From: Clostridiales bacterium
GTDB taxonomy: Bacteria > Bacillota > Clostridia > Christensenellales > UBA1242
Length of the DNA: 47,583 bases
NCBI GenBank assembly: GCA_918285425.1
Contig: CAKJZE010000021.1
Span: 1 to 47,583, forward strand
Reading direction: 5' to 3'
Positions 32,955-43,127 of the stretch are shown here, in pieces. A program made the position numbers and the translations under genes. The notes below the pieces were generated by a model. It had not been told where the DNA came from and searched no databases. It was given only the letters and a program-made list of their open reading frames with translations. The number at the start of each line of letters is the position of its first letter. Position 1 is the stretch's first letter.

Positions 32955-35240
32955 TTGGCATCTGTTTACATGATACTTTCTGTAATGTTCTTTGCAGGGG
33001 TGTTGTATGTTCTTAATAGATTTGCAAAATCAAAGGCAAACATTTACTTTAAAGTGTTTGCTGTTTTGCTTTTTGCATTTTATATGGCAAGGATTTTTGC
33101 TGAAGACTATATTGACCAATTCTGGGGACTTGAAAATAATTTGTTTTCACCGGTTGCGACTGCATTTTTAGTGTTGCTTAAATGGCTTACCCTTGTTTCA
33201 ATAGGCAGTGCAGTTGTTGGGTGTTTCTTTAATATAAAAACTATAAACAACATTATTGCATTTCTTGGCAATTTTGTACTTTTGTTCAATATTATTTTTG
33301 CATCTTCTATTTTCAAGATGTTTGATGGCGCAAATTGGTCTTTATCTGGATACAGGGCTATTGAGTATATTTTGGAAATGGGGATTTTTGGTGCAATTAC
33401 CATAAATTACCTTATAACCAAAATAAAAACAAAAGACTGGCAAGATTTAACGGGACAGATTAAGTATTTCTTTATTGTACTTCCATGTCTTTTCCTTGCA
33501 ATGATGCCACTTTCAACACTTCAACTTTTATTTGGGCACAGTGGCAGGACAATTGAAGATTTTAACCTTATGCATCGTCTTGTTATGTATGGAATTGTCA
33601 TTGTCACAGTTGTTTTATTTTTGGCTTTTCGCAAAAAAGACAAACAAATCAGAGATTTTGCATTGACATTTATGGCACTTGCAGCTTTCTTTGCATTTTT
33701 CTATAATCACAACTATAAAGACTTGTCATACACAAACCTTCCACTTCACCTTTGCAATACTGGTGTTATCATGGTGCTTTTGGCGTTTGTGTTCAGAATA
33801 AGAGGTCTTTTCTACTTTAACTATTTTGTAAACATAATTGGTTGTATTGTTGCTATTGTTATGCCAGACTTTGCACCAGACATGTTTGCGGCTTCTGGTA
33901 TGCATTTCTGGATTTGCCATATCTATGTTTTGATACTTCCAATTTTGGCAAGATTGTTTGGCATGTTTTCTCGTCCTAACTTTAAGATGATGAGAATGGC
34001 AGTCTATATTTTTACCATTTATTTTGTGAGCATGATGTTTGCTAATGCATATATCAATAGTTTCGCAAGTGTAGACTATTTCTTCCTTTATGGTAACAAG
34101 ATTGTTGATAAAATTGGATTTTTAGGTCAAATTAAACTTAACTATGTTTGGCTTCCAGTTGTAAACGGAGTGACATATAAAGTCTTCTGGCTTTATGACA
34201 TACTTGTTTACGTAGGTTTTGTATTTTTGATGTTTATGATTTGGCTTGTGTTTGAATATTTCTATAAACTTGAAGATCACTATGCAGAGCTTTTGGCTCT
34301 TAAAAAAATAGATTCACTTGAAATAAAGGAGTTGAGAAAGAAGATGAAGGGAAGAAAGTTGAGCGAACCAGTCAATCCAGAAGGGAAAGACACATTAAAA
34401 ATATCACATTTCAGTAAAGTTTATGGATTGAATAAATTTAAATCAGTTGATGATTTCAGTTTGGAAGTCCATGGTGGAGAGGTCTTTGGATTCCTTGGCC
34501 ATAATGGTGCAGGTAAAAGCACCTTGATAAAGAGTATCGTTGGTATTCAAAGCATAACTGAAGGAAGCATTGAAGTTTGCGGCTATGACATAAAGCTGCA
34601 ACCATTGCAAGCAAAAATGCATATGGGCTATGTCAGTGACAACCACTCTGTTTATGAGAATTTGACTGGAAGAGAGTATATCAACTATGTTGCTGACCTT
34701 TACCTTGTAAGCAAACAGGACAGAGATGAGCGCATTGACAAATATTCAAAAATGTTTGAACTTACAGATGCACTTGACAGACAGATTAAGGGATACAGCC
34801 ACGGTATGAAGCAAAAACTTGTAGTTATTGCTGCACTTATTCATGATCCAAAAGTTTGGGTTTTGGACGAGCCACTTACCGGTCTTGATCCATCAAGCTC
34901 TTATCAAATTAAAGAGTGCATGAGGGAGCATGCCAACAAGGGAAACATTGTGTTCTTCTCTTCACATGTCATAGAAGTGGTTGAAAAAATCTGTGACAGA
35001 ATTGCAATCATACAAAAAGGAAAACTGCAAGGCGTATTTGATGTTAAAAAATTGAAAGAAAATGGCATAAATCTTGAAAAGCTTTATTTAAGTTTCATTG
35101 ACAACACTGAAGGTGAAGAACATGCAGAGCTTTTAAGTGTTCAAAAGAAAGCTTTTGAAGTTATGAGTGGCAAAAAGACCACAAAAGTAAAAGTATCTGC
35201 GAATAAAAAAGAAACAGCTGACAAAAAGAAAACAACATAA
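32955..35240 (+). CDS. fusion protein: ~450-aa polytopic membrane domain + C-terminal ABC ATPase domain
   Basis: Multiple TM segments, then GFLGHNGAGKSTL (Walker A), YSHGMKQKL (signature) and VWVLDEPLTGLD (Walker B). TTG start after GGGGAGG; ATG at 32970 is an alternative. Confidence 0.75.
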   Translation: MASVYMILSVMFFAGVLYVLNRFAKSKANIYFKVFAVLLFAFYMARIFAEDYIDQFWGLENNLFSPVATAFLVLLKWLTLVSIGSAVVGCFFNIKTINNIIAFLGNFVLLFNIIFASSIFKMFDGANWSLSGYRAIEYILEMGIFGAITINYLITKIKTKDWQDLTGQIKYFFIVLPCLFLAMMPLSTLQLLFGHSGRTIEDFNLMHRLVMYGIVIVTVVLFLAFRKKDKQIRDFALTFMALAAFFAFFYNHNYKDLSYTNLPLHLCNTGVIMVLLAFVFRIRGLFYFNYFVNIIGCIVAIVMPDFAPDMFAASGMHFWICHIYVLILPILARLFGMFSRPNFKMMRMAVYIFTIYFVSMMFANAYINSFASVDYFFLYGNKIVDKIGFLGQIKLNYVWLPVVNGVTYKVFWLYDILVYVGFVFLMFMIWLVFEYFYKLEDHYAELLALKKIDSLEIKELRKKMKGRKLSEPVNPEGKDTLKISHFSKVYGLNKFKSVDDFSLEVHGGEVFGFLGHNGAGKSTLIKSIVGIQSITEGSIEVCGYDIKLQPLQAKMHMGYVSDNHSVYENLTGREYINYVADLYLVSKQDRDERIDKYSKMFELTDALDRQIKGYSHGMKQKLVVIAALIHDPKVWVLDEPLTGLDPSSSYQIKECMREHANKGNIVFFSSHVIEVVEKICDRIAIIQKGKLQGVFDVKKLKENGINLEKLYLSFIDNTEGEEHAELLSVQKKAFEVMSGKKTTKVKVSANKKETADKKKTT

Positions 35241-35265
35241 AAATAAAAGTCGAAAGGTAAGGATA

Positions 35266-36873
35266 ATGTTTAACAGATTAAGTATTTTGACAAAAATGCA
35301 ACTGAATAACATGAAAAATAAAACACAAGTTAAAAGCAAAGGAAGTAAACTTGTGAGTGTTTTGCTGGAAATTTTGGCAGTTGCATTTATAACACTTGTA
35401 CTTAACTATTTCTTAAATACAATTAAAAGTTTCCACTTATTTGAAATTGATTTCAACCTGCTTTTATTTGTTTTATTTATCACACAATATATTGGAATTT
35501 TGACCACAACATTTGGTCTTGCAAAGTCACTTTATGAAAGTAATGACAATTCAATAATCTTCTCGCTGCCTGCACGCTCGTGGGAAATTTATTTAAGCAG
35601 ACTTGCAATTTTTTATCGCTCTGAACTTCATAAAGGGCTTTACTTTGTGATCCCATTTTTTGTGGCATTTGGCTTGTCTTTAAAACTTCAAATGGTATTC
35701 TTTATTTGGACTGCACTGTTTGCATTTTTACTTCCCCTTATTACGGTTTTAATATCTGCGATTTTAAGCTTGCCACTTATGATCTATAAACGTCTTTCAA
35801 AAAGATTTCCAATCATAAAATTAATTGTTGTGTTGACACTTGCTGGATTGATTATGTGGATTTTATACACAATCACAACTCATATACCAAAGCCACTTAA
35901 TATTTTGGCTATTTATGATAAATTTTCAGAAAGTCTAAATAATTTTATAGCGACAGCAGATGGTTATTCATTATTTTATTTAAATATAGTAAAAATCTTC
36001 TTTAATCAAGAGGTATTAAAAAATGTTGGAATAATTTTGGGAATAATTTTAGTGCTTGGACTTTTGGTTGCTGCAAATACTTTTGCATACTATGGCATTG
36101 TGTCAAACAACATTGACCAAACTAATAAGGGCAGAAGAAAAACTGCGAATAAGGTTACTAAAAATACATTTTGGGCATTCACAAAGAAAGAGCTTAAGTT
36201 GCAATTTCGCAATTCTGATCAAATGATCAACCATGTTTTATTTCTTGTTGCAATGCCATTTGTACTGTTTTTAGTAAATGAAATTCTTGCCGCCATCTCA
36301 ACAAATATACTTGGGGATAACATAGTTGTTACACTTGACATATTTATTGCACTTTTGATGCTTACAAGTTCAAACACGATGTCAGCAAGTGCCATCACAA
36401 GTGAAGGTTCGGAATTTGGGCTTATAAAAACTGCACCAAGTGACACAAGCAAAATGTGCTGGTCAAAAATTTTCATAAACTTTGCATTTTCGCTTGTCTC
36501 AATCGTGGCAACTATGATAACATTGTCCCTGATCACTGAAATCAAATCTCTTCACCTTTGGTTGATGTTTGTTATAATTTTCTGTGTCAACAGCGCGCAT
36601 ATACTTTGGTCATTTCAACTTGATTTATTGAATCCAAAGCTTAATGAGTATGCTGCATCAGGAAATTTAAACAACAACAAAAACATGAAAACGTCAATAC
36701 TTATCGGGCTTATCTTGGCAGTGCTGTTTTCAGTATTGACACTGATATTGCTTATCAACGGAAGTCCAGCAAATATTACAAAGCTTATGTTGGTGGCAAT
36801 CGCATTTCTTTTGGCAAAACTATACTTATTTGTATTAAACTTAAAAGTATATTTTTCGCATATAGAATTTTAA
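35266..36873 (+). CDS. polytopic membrane protein, putative ABC permease partner
   Basis: 535 aa, about 10 or more hydrophobic segments, immediately downstream of the ATPase fusion. Confidence 0.55.
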   Translation: MFNRLSILTKMQLNNMKNKTQVKSKGSKLVSVLLEILAVAFITLVLNYFLNTIKSFHLFEIDFNLLLFVLFITQYIGILTTTFGLAKSLYESNDNSIIFSLPARSWEIYLSRLAIFYRSELHKGLYFVIPFFVAFGLSLKLQMVFFIWTALFAFLLPLITVLISAILSLPLMIYKRLSKRFPIIKLIVVLTLAGLIMWILYTITTHIPKPLNILAIYDKFSESLNNFIATADGYSLFYLNIVKIFFNQEVLKNVGIILGIILVLGLLVAANTFAYYGIVSNNIDQTNKGRRKTANKVTKNTFWAFTKKELKLQFRNSDQMINHVLFLVAMPFVLFLVNEILAAISTNILGDNIVVTLDIFIALLMLTSSNTMSASAITSEGSEFGLIKTAPSDTSKMCWSKIFINFAFSLVSIVATMITLSLITEIKSLHLWLMFVIIFCVNSAHILWSFQLDLLNPKLNEYAASGNLNNNKNMKTSILIGLILAVLFSVLTLILLINGSPANITKLMLVAIAFLLAKLYLFVLNLKVYFSHIEF

Positions 36874-36887
36874 AAAGGAGAAAAAGC

Positions 36888-39800
36888 ATGAGTAAAAAAG
36901 CAATTGCGATAATTGTTGGTGTGGTAGCAGCAGTAGCAATTATCATCGTAAGTGTCATTGGTATCAATGCAAGACGTGATAATAACATCTATGTCACTGG
37001 TATTGATATCAGTAACGCATTTTACGAAGAATCGGTTAGTGATGGTGTGAAAACCAAAACCATCCACATTGATAACGAAATTATGAGTTATCAAATTGAT
37101 GGCTATGTTATTCCTAAAAATGCGACTAATAAGGATATAACATATACATCAAGTAATGAAACAGTTGCAACAGTAAGCGAAACAGGTCTTGTAACTTTTG
37201 CACAAAAAGAAAGTGTAAACATCTTGCTTGAGTCAAAAGATGGTGCCAAGAAAATTCTTGTTAAACTTGTTCGTGTTGTTGGAACAGTTTTAACTGCTTT
37301 TGATGTAACAATTGACGGTGATAACGTCAACTTTACAGCACCAGCAGGTCAGACTATGTACAGTCAAAAAGAGGGCGATACACTTGTTCTTTATACTGGC
37401 GCAGAGTATCAACTTGGTACTGATGCACAACTCAGTATTGTTGGGACAACAAGTGTTGCAACTTTATCAAACAAAGTTCTTTCAACTTCAGCTGCCGGAA
37501 CATTTACATTAAGAGTAGATGAACACGATGTTACAGTTAAAGTTGTTCCATTTGTTAACACATTTGATAAAGGTGCAAGCCAAACAGTTTTTGAAACAGA
37601 AGTTGCAAAAACTGAAAGTGTTTCAGAATATTTAGGCGGATATGGAGATAAAATCCTTGTTGTTGGTAAAGACAACGCATTCAAATTCAGCCTTGATACT
37701 GCTGATAACTATGGTCACGCAATTTCAGCAACTATTCCTCTTGCATACACTGCAAAAGAAGTTGTTTCAGCAGAGACTAAAACAGAAGTTGCCATTGATA
37801 CAATTGCTACAATCAATGCCGACTTTTCATTAACATTTAAAGCTGCAGCAAAAGGGAAAGTATATGAAATTTCTGTTGCTCCACTTTATAATGTTGCAAA
37901 TAGAGACGCAAAAACCTTTACAATCAAAGTTGATGATGGTGTCAATGTTTACACAAATGATGAACTTGTTGCTGCATTTGCAGATTTAAGCGTTAATAAG
38001 ATTCATCTTCAAGCAAACATTGTTGCAGAACTTAAAGCAAATCAAATCAGCAAAGAAGTTATTGGCGGACAAGAAGTTGACAGAGCTAAAAATATAGATC
38101 AGGCCAATGATGCTGATTCAGGTGCAGTTTATAAAAGATATGTTCCTGAAAATTATACTGGAGATGTTACTGAACTTACAGTTGAAGTAAATGGTAACTT
38201 CTTTGAAGTAGATGGTTCAGGCTTGCCACTTGTAAGTTATGCAGATAAAACATCTGATAATAAATCTATGGGTGGTGCATTGTCTTGGGCAGAAACTGCA
38301 GGATACAAGATTTCGTCAGTTCAAATCAGTCTCTTCAGAATTCAAGATTACAGAGATGTACAAGAAGAAAATGCTGAACCTATGGCAAGACTTGCTGCGA
38401 ATTTCACCAATTTAAAGATTTATGGTAATACTGCAAAAGGTCCAATTTATCCAGTTGATGCAAGTGGAAATGTGGTAGATATTGATGATAATGAATATAC
38501 TGCATTGATGGCTGATCAAGGAAGTGGTTATAATGGATTTATGGCTAAAAATGCTGTCATGAATTTTGAAAACGTTTCAGTTTCAAAGTTTGTTATTAAC
38601 ATCACAGCTTCAAGACAAAGATCAGAGGCGCATATGAACTATGTAAACAGCTTCGATGCTTGGGGTAATGGTGCTTATGCATATAATGCAGTTGAACTTG
38701 AAATGCAAAACACAAGACTTGCAAACTTTGGTGGTGGTGCAATCGCTGTTGAAGATCCAGACAAAACAATTGCAAGTGATGCTGCATGGAAAGACCTTAC
38801 AATCACAATTGGTAAAAATGTTGTAATTGATAACATGCTTGTTGGTGATGAAGGTTGGTTCATTGTCAATGGTTATTCAGGTGCAATTGTTACAGGTCTT
38901 AAAACTGGTATTAATACAGGTATTTCAGCAATGGGTAAAACAATGCTTGCACAACTTGAAATTGAAAGACCAAATGGACAGACAGAAAATGCGTCTGCAT
39001 TCAACTTCATTTGTCAAATTGCAACAGCAGGTGATACAAATAAAGCTTCTGCAGAGGGTGCGACAAGCTTCCAAGTAACATTTAAACTTTATGTTGGTGA
39101 TGATGAGGGTGGAAATCCAATCTATTACACAACAGAAAGAAAGAACCAAGCACTTGATACTGCAGATGATGATAACACATTCCTTGGACAAAATGTAATT
39201 GCTCAAGTACTTGGTGGACAATATTTGAATGCACTTGGTCAATATTCAAACATGGAAGAGTTTTATAAGCTTGTTGCAACAGTAGCAATAATTTCAAATG
39301 ATGTTCAAAATTATGCCACAGCGGCATATACCGCTTTAATGGCTGAAAAGACAATTGATGAATTTAGTTATGAATTTATGTGTGATTCTGTTGGTGCAGC
39401 ATGGAATGGTTATTTATTATATATAACGAATGGAAATACTAACTTAACATTAGATGATCTGGTAACTATCTTAACAGCAAATGATGGAGCTGCAGTTGTT
39501 CAGGGTATTCAATACCTTACACTTCAAGCAAAAGTTGGAGATGCTTTCTTAAGAGATATTGCATTTGAAGAGATGAATGAGTTTATTGAAGAAGGTATTG
39601 AAGCCATTGTTGGTCAATTGGAGGCTAATGGCGGTTATGCAAATAAAGACGCTATTAAATCGATTATGGTGTCTTATGATCCAGCTGTAGGTTTAATATT
39701 CGATCCAGTTGCAGAGGCATATAAGGCAGTAGTTGATGCTGGTGTTCCTGCTGCAGGAAGAGTTGCTGCAGTTAAGAGTGTATTGCTTGACCATGCAGAG

Positions 39801-40046
39801 ATTTATGTTGGTTTATGTCAAAAAGAAACCTTACAAGCTATGTTTGGTCTTGATGATGCAACTTATGCGGGATTAATTCAAATTGCTCTTGCTGCAAGTG
39901 TTACAAATGGTGATACTAATGCGCTTGAAGTTATTTCAGCAAACCCAATAAGAAAACATCTTGGTCTTATTGTGACATATGCTAATACTGGCGCAGAAAA
40001 AGACGCATTTGTTTACAGATCATCAACTGATGAAACTGATGACTAA
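36888..40046 (+). CDS. large (1052 aa) N-terminally anchored surface protein with a Big_2-like Ig domain
   Basis: N-terminal TM AIAIIVGVVAAVAIIIVSVIGI. The ITYTSSNETVATVSETGLVTF block is typical of bacterial Ig-like group 2 domains. GGAG RBS. Confidence 0.65.
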   Translation: MSKKAIAIIVGVVAAVAIIIVSVIGINARRDNNIYVTGIDISNAFYEESVSDGVKTKTIHIDNEIMSYQIDGYVIPKNATNKDITYTSSNETVATVSETGLVTFAQKESVNILLESKDGAKKILVKLVRVVGTVLTAFDVTIDGDNVNFTAPAGQTMYSQKEGDTLVLYTGAEYQLGTDAQLSIVGTTSVATLSNKVLSTSAAGTFTLRVDEHDVTVKVVPFVNTFDKGASQTVFETEVAKTESVSEYLGGYGDKILVVGKDNAFKFSLDTADNYGHAISATIPLAYTAKEVVSAETKTEVAIDTIATINADFSLTFKAAAKGKVYEISVAPLYNVANRDAKTFTIKVDDGVNVYTNDELVAAFADLSVNKIHLQANIVAELKANQISKEVIGGQEVDRAKNIDQANDADSGAVYKRYVPENYTGDVTELTVEVNGNFFEVDGSGLPLVSYADKTSDNKSMGGALSWAETAGYKISSVQISLFRIQDYRDVQEENAEPMARLAANFTNLKIYGNTAKGPIYPVDASGNVVDIDDNEYTALMADQGSGYNGFMAKNAVMNFENVSVSKFVINITASRQRSEAHMNYVNSFDAWGNGAYAYNAVELEMQNTRLANFGGGAIAVEDPDKTIASDAAWKDLTITIGKNVVIDNMLVGDEGWFIVNGYSGAIVTGLKTGINTGISAMGKTMLAQLEIERPNGQTENASAFNFICQIATAGDTNKASAEGATSFQVTFKLYVGDDEGGNPIYYTTERKNQALDTADDDNTFLGQNVIAQVLGGQYLNALGQYSNMEEFYKLVATVAIISNDVQNYATAAYTALMAEKTIDEFSYEFMCDSVGAAWNGYLLYITNGNTNLTLDDLVTILTANDGAAVVQGIQYLTLQAKVGDAFLRDIAFEEMNEFIEEGIEAIVGQLEANGGYANKDAIKSIMVSYDPAVGLIFDPVAEAYKAVVDAGVPAAGRVAAVKSVLLDHAEIYVGLCQKETLQAMFGLDDATYAGLIQIALAASVTNGDTNALEVISANPIRKHLGLIVTYANTGAEKDAFVYRSSTDETDD

Positions 40047-40075
40047 TCATGCTTAACTTTTTAAAATAAAGATAT

Positions 40076-40105
40076 AAAAAACGGACTGTGCAAGTCCGTT
40101 TTTTA
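40076..40105. terminator. Bidirectional terminator
   Basis: aaaaaacggact-gtgca-agtccgtttttt. Confidence 0.8.
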
Positions 40106-40149
40106 TTTGCATTAAGTAAAGTAATTTTTATGATGTGATATATAAATTT

Positions 40150-40845
40150 CTATCTTCTTGCGACTGACAGCGCAATAAGTGTTTGTGATGGGACATAGAA
40201 CATCCATGCAATGTTAAAGCCTGGGGAAATGATACTGTAAAGCCAAGAATCTGTTGGTATGTTTATATATGTGCCCGCTGCAATTTGAAGGCCTATGAAG
40301 GTATCGCAAAGCAAGAATAATAAAAGTCCAAAAGCAAAAAGTGGAGAAGTTTTAAATCTGATAAAAGCCAAAGCAGTGTTAAGCACAATATTTGTAAAGT
40401 AAAACACAGAAACAAGGCTTAAAAGGTCGGTTTTATGCTTTAAAATAAGAGCTGTAGCCGAAAGTGCTGCGGATGTGCAAACAATTCTTGTAATTATATT
40501 AAACCACATAAATTTTTGTGACTTCAGACCAGTCAAAAGCCTTGCAAAATACATCAGTTGAACGATTGAAAATGCTGTCATGCCAAAGGTGCGGTATTTG
40601 GCTCCAAAAACAACTAAAAACAAGTCAGCAATAACAGTGAATAAAAGCCCAAAAATTATTAGTATGGTTGGCTTATCATTTTTTATATGCAGAAGTGCGA
40701 AGATAAAGCACAGACATACAGCTGAATACTCGCAGGCAACAGTATTTCCCCTTGACCACAAAATCATATAAAACAAAATTGCTTGCACACACAGAAAGAT
40801 TGCTGTGGCACATATTTTAAGTTTGCTTTGTGAATTTCCTTTCAT
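40150..40845 (-). CDS. YhhN/lysoplasmalogenase-family-like membrane protein
   Basis: 231 aa, about 8 TM segments. The family call is from general resemblance only. Confidence 0.45.
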   Translation of the reverse strand: MKGNSQSKLKICATAIFLCVQAILFYMILWSRGNTVACEYSAVCLCFIFALLHIKNDKPTILIIFGLLFTVIADLFLVVFGAKYRTFGMTAFSIVQLMYFARLLTGLKSQKFMWFNIITRIVCTSAALSATALILKHKTDLLSLVSVFYFTNIVLNTALAFIRFKTSPLFAFGLLLFLLCDTFIGLQIAAGTYINIPTDSWLYSIISPGFNIAWMFYVPSQTLIALSVARR

Positions 40846-41006
40846 TTTCTTATTCCTTTGACCTCATTATACATATAAAACTGTTCTCTTGCAAGCAGTT
40901 TTTGCTTGATTTGCAACTTTAATACAAGTATATTTTATCAACCTTTCATTAAATATTTGCCAAAATATGGGTTTTGTGATAAAATAAAATTATATAGGGA
41001 GTGTGT

Positions 41007-41672
41007 ATGAAGTTTTTTAACAACAGCTGGGATCAGGCACTGGAAGATGAGTTCAATAAGCCATATTTTAAAGAACTTTTAGAGCGTGTGGATCAGGAAT
41101 ATAACAAATATCATGTATATCCACCACGCGAAAAGATATTCTCTGCGCTGAAACTTTGCCCTCTTGATCAAGTGAAAGTAGTACTTCTTGGGCAAGATCC
41201 ATACCACGAAAAAGGACAGGCACACGGTCTGTGTTTCTCTGTGCTTCCAGGTATAAAAGTTCCGCCTTCGCTGAAGAATATTTATAAGGAAATGAGTGAC
41301 GATGTTGGAACAACAGAGCCTGACCATGGTTGTCTTGTTAAATGGGCAAAACAGGGTGTTTTGATGCTTAACACAACCCTTACAGTGCGTGAAGGGCAAC
41401 CAAACAGTCACAGCACATATGGCTGGCAAACTTTCACTGATGAAATAATAAGAAAAGTCAATGCACTTGATACTCCAGTCGTGTTTATTTTGTGGGGCTC
41501 GAACGCTAAAGCAAAGTTACCACTTATAACAAACAAAAAACATCTTATACTTACCGCAGCCCACCCAAGTCCATTTTCCGCATTCAGTGGCTTCTTTGGG
41601 TGTCGTCACTTTTCAAAGACTAATGAATTTTTGATAAAAAATGGAAGGGAGCCAATTGATTGGCAAATTTAA
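41007..41672 (+). CDS. ung: uracil-DNA glycosylase
   Basis: VVLLGQDPYH, GVLMLNTTLTV and AAHPSPFSA motifs. Confidence 0.92.
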   Translation: MKFFNNSWDQALEDEFNKPYFKELLERVDQEYNKYHVYPPREKIFSALKLCPLDQVKVVLLGQDPYHEKGQAHGLCFSVLPGIKVPPSLKNIYKEMSDDVGTTEPDHGCLVKWAKQGVLMLNTTLTVREGQPNSHSTYGWQTFTDEIIRKVNALDTPVVFILWGSNAKAKLPLITNKKHLILTAAHPSPFSAFSGFFGCRHFSKTNEFLIKNGREPIDWQI

Positions 41673-41680
41673 GGAGAGTT

Positions 41681-43108
41681 ATGAAAAAACAAGTGTGTAA
41701 AATTTTGATGATTGTTGTTGCACTTATCATGTTGGTAAGTTCTTTTGCTTGCGTTTCTTTTTCAAGTAATACCATAGTTTTTGCAACAACAGACGAAGTT
41801 ACATATTCACTTGTACCAACTAATTTTAATGCTAATTTGTCAAAATATAACTTAAAAAACAGTAATATTGACATTTTTACGCCATTTAATTTTACAAGTA
41901 AAACCAGAATGACAGGGCGATCTTTCAATCTGGACCATGATGAAAACAATATTATAAACAATCAGTATGTAACTCTTGATCAGCAAGATCAGATTGACTA
42001 TAGGGAAAATTTAGCTCTTGAAATGTGGATTTATTTTAGCACCATAAATCTGCATGATCTGACGGTGACATTGACACTTGTAAATGATGCGACGATTACA
42101 TTTAATTTGACAAAAACAGAATTGAAAAATCTGCTTTCAAAAGGGCTTTTAGATGAATCACCATATGCATGGAATAAGTTTGTTTTTGCATTTGACGATG
42201 CACAGATTAGTGGCGAAATTTCAAATGGAACATATTTGTATGAGCCAAAGCGAATAACAATAAATTTCACTTCGGAATTTGAAGAAGAGCAGGCACCATC
42301 TTTTGCGAATTTGTTATTTTATGACATTAAGATTGTGCAGTCAGATCAAGATAAAGTCACTGTCACAGAAAAACAAGACTATACAATTTCGGGATTTAAT
42401 CACATAAGCAGTGATTTGGCTGACAAATTTGGAGTTGGTGATACGTATAAGGTTCCACTTCTTTCGGGTGTTGTAAACTATGCCTATTATGGGAAGGATA
42501 ACCTTTTGGACAATCACAATCCATACACTTGGCGCGTCAGAGTTGTAATTCCAGATGCGGACGGAACTGTAACAACCATAGCATTTGGTTCAACAATAAC
42601 ATTTGAATATGAAGGGGAATATAAAATTTACTATGAGTGTGTGCACCCTGAAGATGGTGTCAACCATGTTGTGTTATTTTCAAGAGAAAATATTTATGTG
42701 AACATCTTTAAGCCGGTTTATTTTTCACTTGCGTCACTTCGTGCGGAAGTGGGAAAAACCTATGTTGCCAGCGTGCAGACAAGCTCGCTTTTTGAAACTG
42801 TGTCAGATATCACTTATGAATATGACCAAAGTGCACTTCAGTTGGAAACTGGCGAAGATGGAGAAATTCAAATCACAGGTAAAAAAGCAGGGAAATACCA
42901 AATTGTTGCAAAGGTCACGGGGAAAAAGTTGACAAGCAGTGAGGCACAAGAATATCAAACCGAGTTTAATGTTGAGTTTAATGATATTGACAACTCACAG
43001 GCTGTTTACAGAATAATACTTTACGTCATTTTGGGCGTTATTGGCGTAATAATCTTGATAAGTGTTATAATTTTAGTTGTAAAATCTCGCAAAGTTGTGG
43101 TAAAATAA
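41681..43108 (+). CDS. hypothetical secreted/anchored protein (N-terminal signal-like TM and C-terminal TM)
   Basis: AAGGAGAG RBS. N-terminal ILMIVVALIMLVSSFACV. C-terminal VYRIILYVILGVIGVIILISVIILVV followed by KSRK. Confidence 0.6.
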   Translation: MKKQVCKILMIVVALIMLVSSFACVSFSSNTIVFATTDEVTYSLVPTNFNANLSKYNLKNSNIDIFTPFNFTSKTRMTGRSFNLDHDENNIINNQYVTLDQQDQIDYRENLALEMWIYFSTINLHDLTVTLTLVNDATITFNLTKTELKNLLSKGLLDESPYAWNKFVFAFDDAQISGEISNGTYLYEPKRITINFTSEFEEEQAPSFANLLFYDIKIVQSDQDKVTVTEKQDYTISGFNHISSDLADKFGVGDTYKVPLLSGVVNYAYYGKDNLLDNHNPYTWRVRVVIPDADGTVTTIAFGSTITFEYEGEYKIYYECVHPEDGVNHVVLFSRENIYVNIFKPVYFSLASLRAEVGKTYVASVQTSSLFETVSDITYEYDQSALQLETGEDGEIQITGKKAGKYQIVAKVTGKKLTSSEAQEYQTEFNVEFNDIDNSQAVYRIILYVILGVIGVIILISVIILVVKSRKVVVK

Positions 43109-43127
43109 TATAAGAGGACATACAAAA

